A DNA stretch of 54,488 nucleotides, the filler included, from Sluysia triapertura (lineage: Eukaryota), in the NCBI GenBank assembly GCA_046118255.1. It is 4 parts of 4 records of this genome, joined end to end, with 100 filler letters (N's around TTAATTAATTAA, not from the genome) between each part and the next. Parts side by side here need not be neighbours in the genome. Positions count along the whole stretch, not along the records: positions 40,932 to 54,488 come from JBJNIA010032711.1; 3 more parts are not named here. The stretch is one strand, 5' to 3'. The translations under genes were made by a program, and so were the position numbers. Of this stretch, positions 53,432 to 54,488 are shown one piece after another (position 1 is the first letter of the stretch; the number at the start of each line of letters is the position of its first letter). The notes beneath the pieces were generated by a model. That model was not told where the DNA came from, did no database searches, and saw only the letters and a list, made by a program, of their open reading frames with translations.

Positions 53432-54488
53432 TTCTTGTAGTTTATTTTATAAATTGAACTTATTTGTGTAATCCTATAATTTACAATAAAAATTATTAGA
53501 TAATTTACTTTTAATTTTAAATTCTTTATTAAAATGAAAAATTTCTCTAAGTTCCAATATTTGAAGATAATAAAATGTTCGGTAAACGAGATTCAACGAA
53601 TATGCTGAAAATTACATGTATCTGACGTCAATAATTATTAATAAAGATTTTCAAATATTACTAATATCAAGTAAAAACTTTTAAAATTCTTTTTTTAAAT
53701 TGTATCATCGTATGTTGTATTAATGTTTTTTACTCAATTTATATTTGCTTATTTACACTTTGATATACAAAATGATCAAAACTAGATGATTATTAAAATT
53801 TAATACAGTAATAATAATATCAATAATATAAAATTGTTAATTATAAAATTAATATAAAAATAAAATTGTTAATTATAATAATAATAACTACAATAATAAT
53901 AGCTATTTTTATTTTCTTTAATTTATTTATACAAAATTATATTTACAATTCTTACATTTATTACATTTTTTATTCATTTATATTATTTATTCCTTATTAT
54001 ATAATCTATCATTAAACATCTTCTTACTTTATGCTATACAATATTATTATCAATAGCCGCAGCATTCTTAATAATACAAACTATATTACATTCATACATT
54101 TAAGTTTATGGTACATTTGATTTCAAACATTTAAGTTATAAATAAAGAAAATTATATTTATTCGTATTCAGATTTCGTTATTTTATTTAAACCTAAAATT
54201 TTCTTTTATATTAGTCTTAAATTTTTTTAATTATGTTAAGTAGTATTAATGACAGACAGTAATAATAATAATAATAATATAACGGTTGCGTCTTTAAAAC
54301 TTGTTAAATATTACAACTCAATATTATTATCTTGATCAACTTAAACCTTAATAATTTCAATAGTGAGTATATCAAGTATAATTTTACCGTAATCTTCTTT
54401 TATAATATTAATAACTTCTTGAAAATCAAATCAAAACTAAGACAATGATGTACTATTAAACAAAAATAACTTAATATAATTTATTATC

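Overview
Very AT-rich (roughly 75-80% AT by eye), intron-containing animal nuclear DNA with three 100-bp scaffold gaps. Two recognisable host genes diverge from each other. On the minus strand are four 5' coding exons of an SGSM1/2-like (RUN + TBC) gene (13527 down to 623, continuing off the left edge, with an ~11.2-kb intron). On the plus strand are the first two coding exons of DCAF12 (42675-43225; the next exon was not found in the window). Between them lie a disabled, intronless 3' half of a Vang-like/Strabismus gene (ending in the diagnostic ...SETSV*) and a stop-interrupted membrane-protein-like frame head-to-head with DCAF12. The rest is mostly decayed mobile DNA: Tc1, mariner and pogo remnants, a Ty3/gypsy gag remnant with a PBS, an R2/NeSL-type non-LTR RT split by a TG..CA insertion, and piggyBac- and foldback-type MITEs. 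The most unusual signal is a set of TGT...ACA-bounded elements with long inverted arms (integrase/Ginger-like ends; 4-bp TSDs seen for two of the three two-ended copies). One (50476-51979) carries an outward-facing tRNA-like gene in each terminal inverted repeat. Another (17508-21791) has ~1.2-kb diverged inverted arms, paired 61-bp palindromes with identical 23-nt spacer length, and unidentified convergent cargo ORFs. All family assignments are from manual translation and recalled motifs, not database searches.
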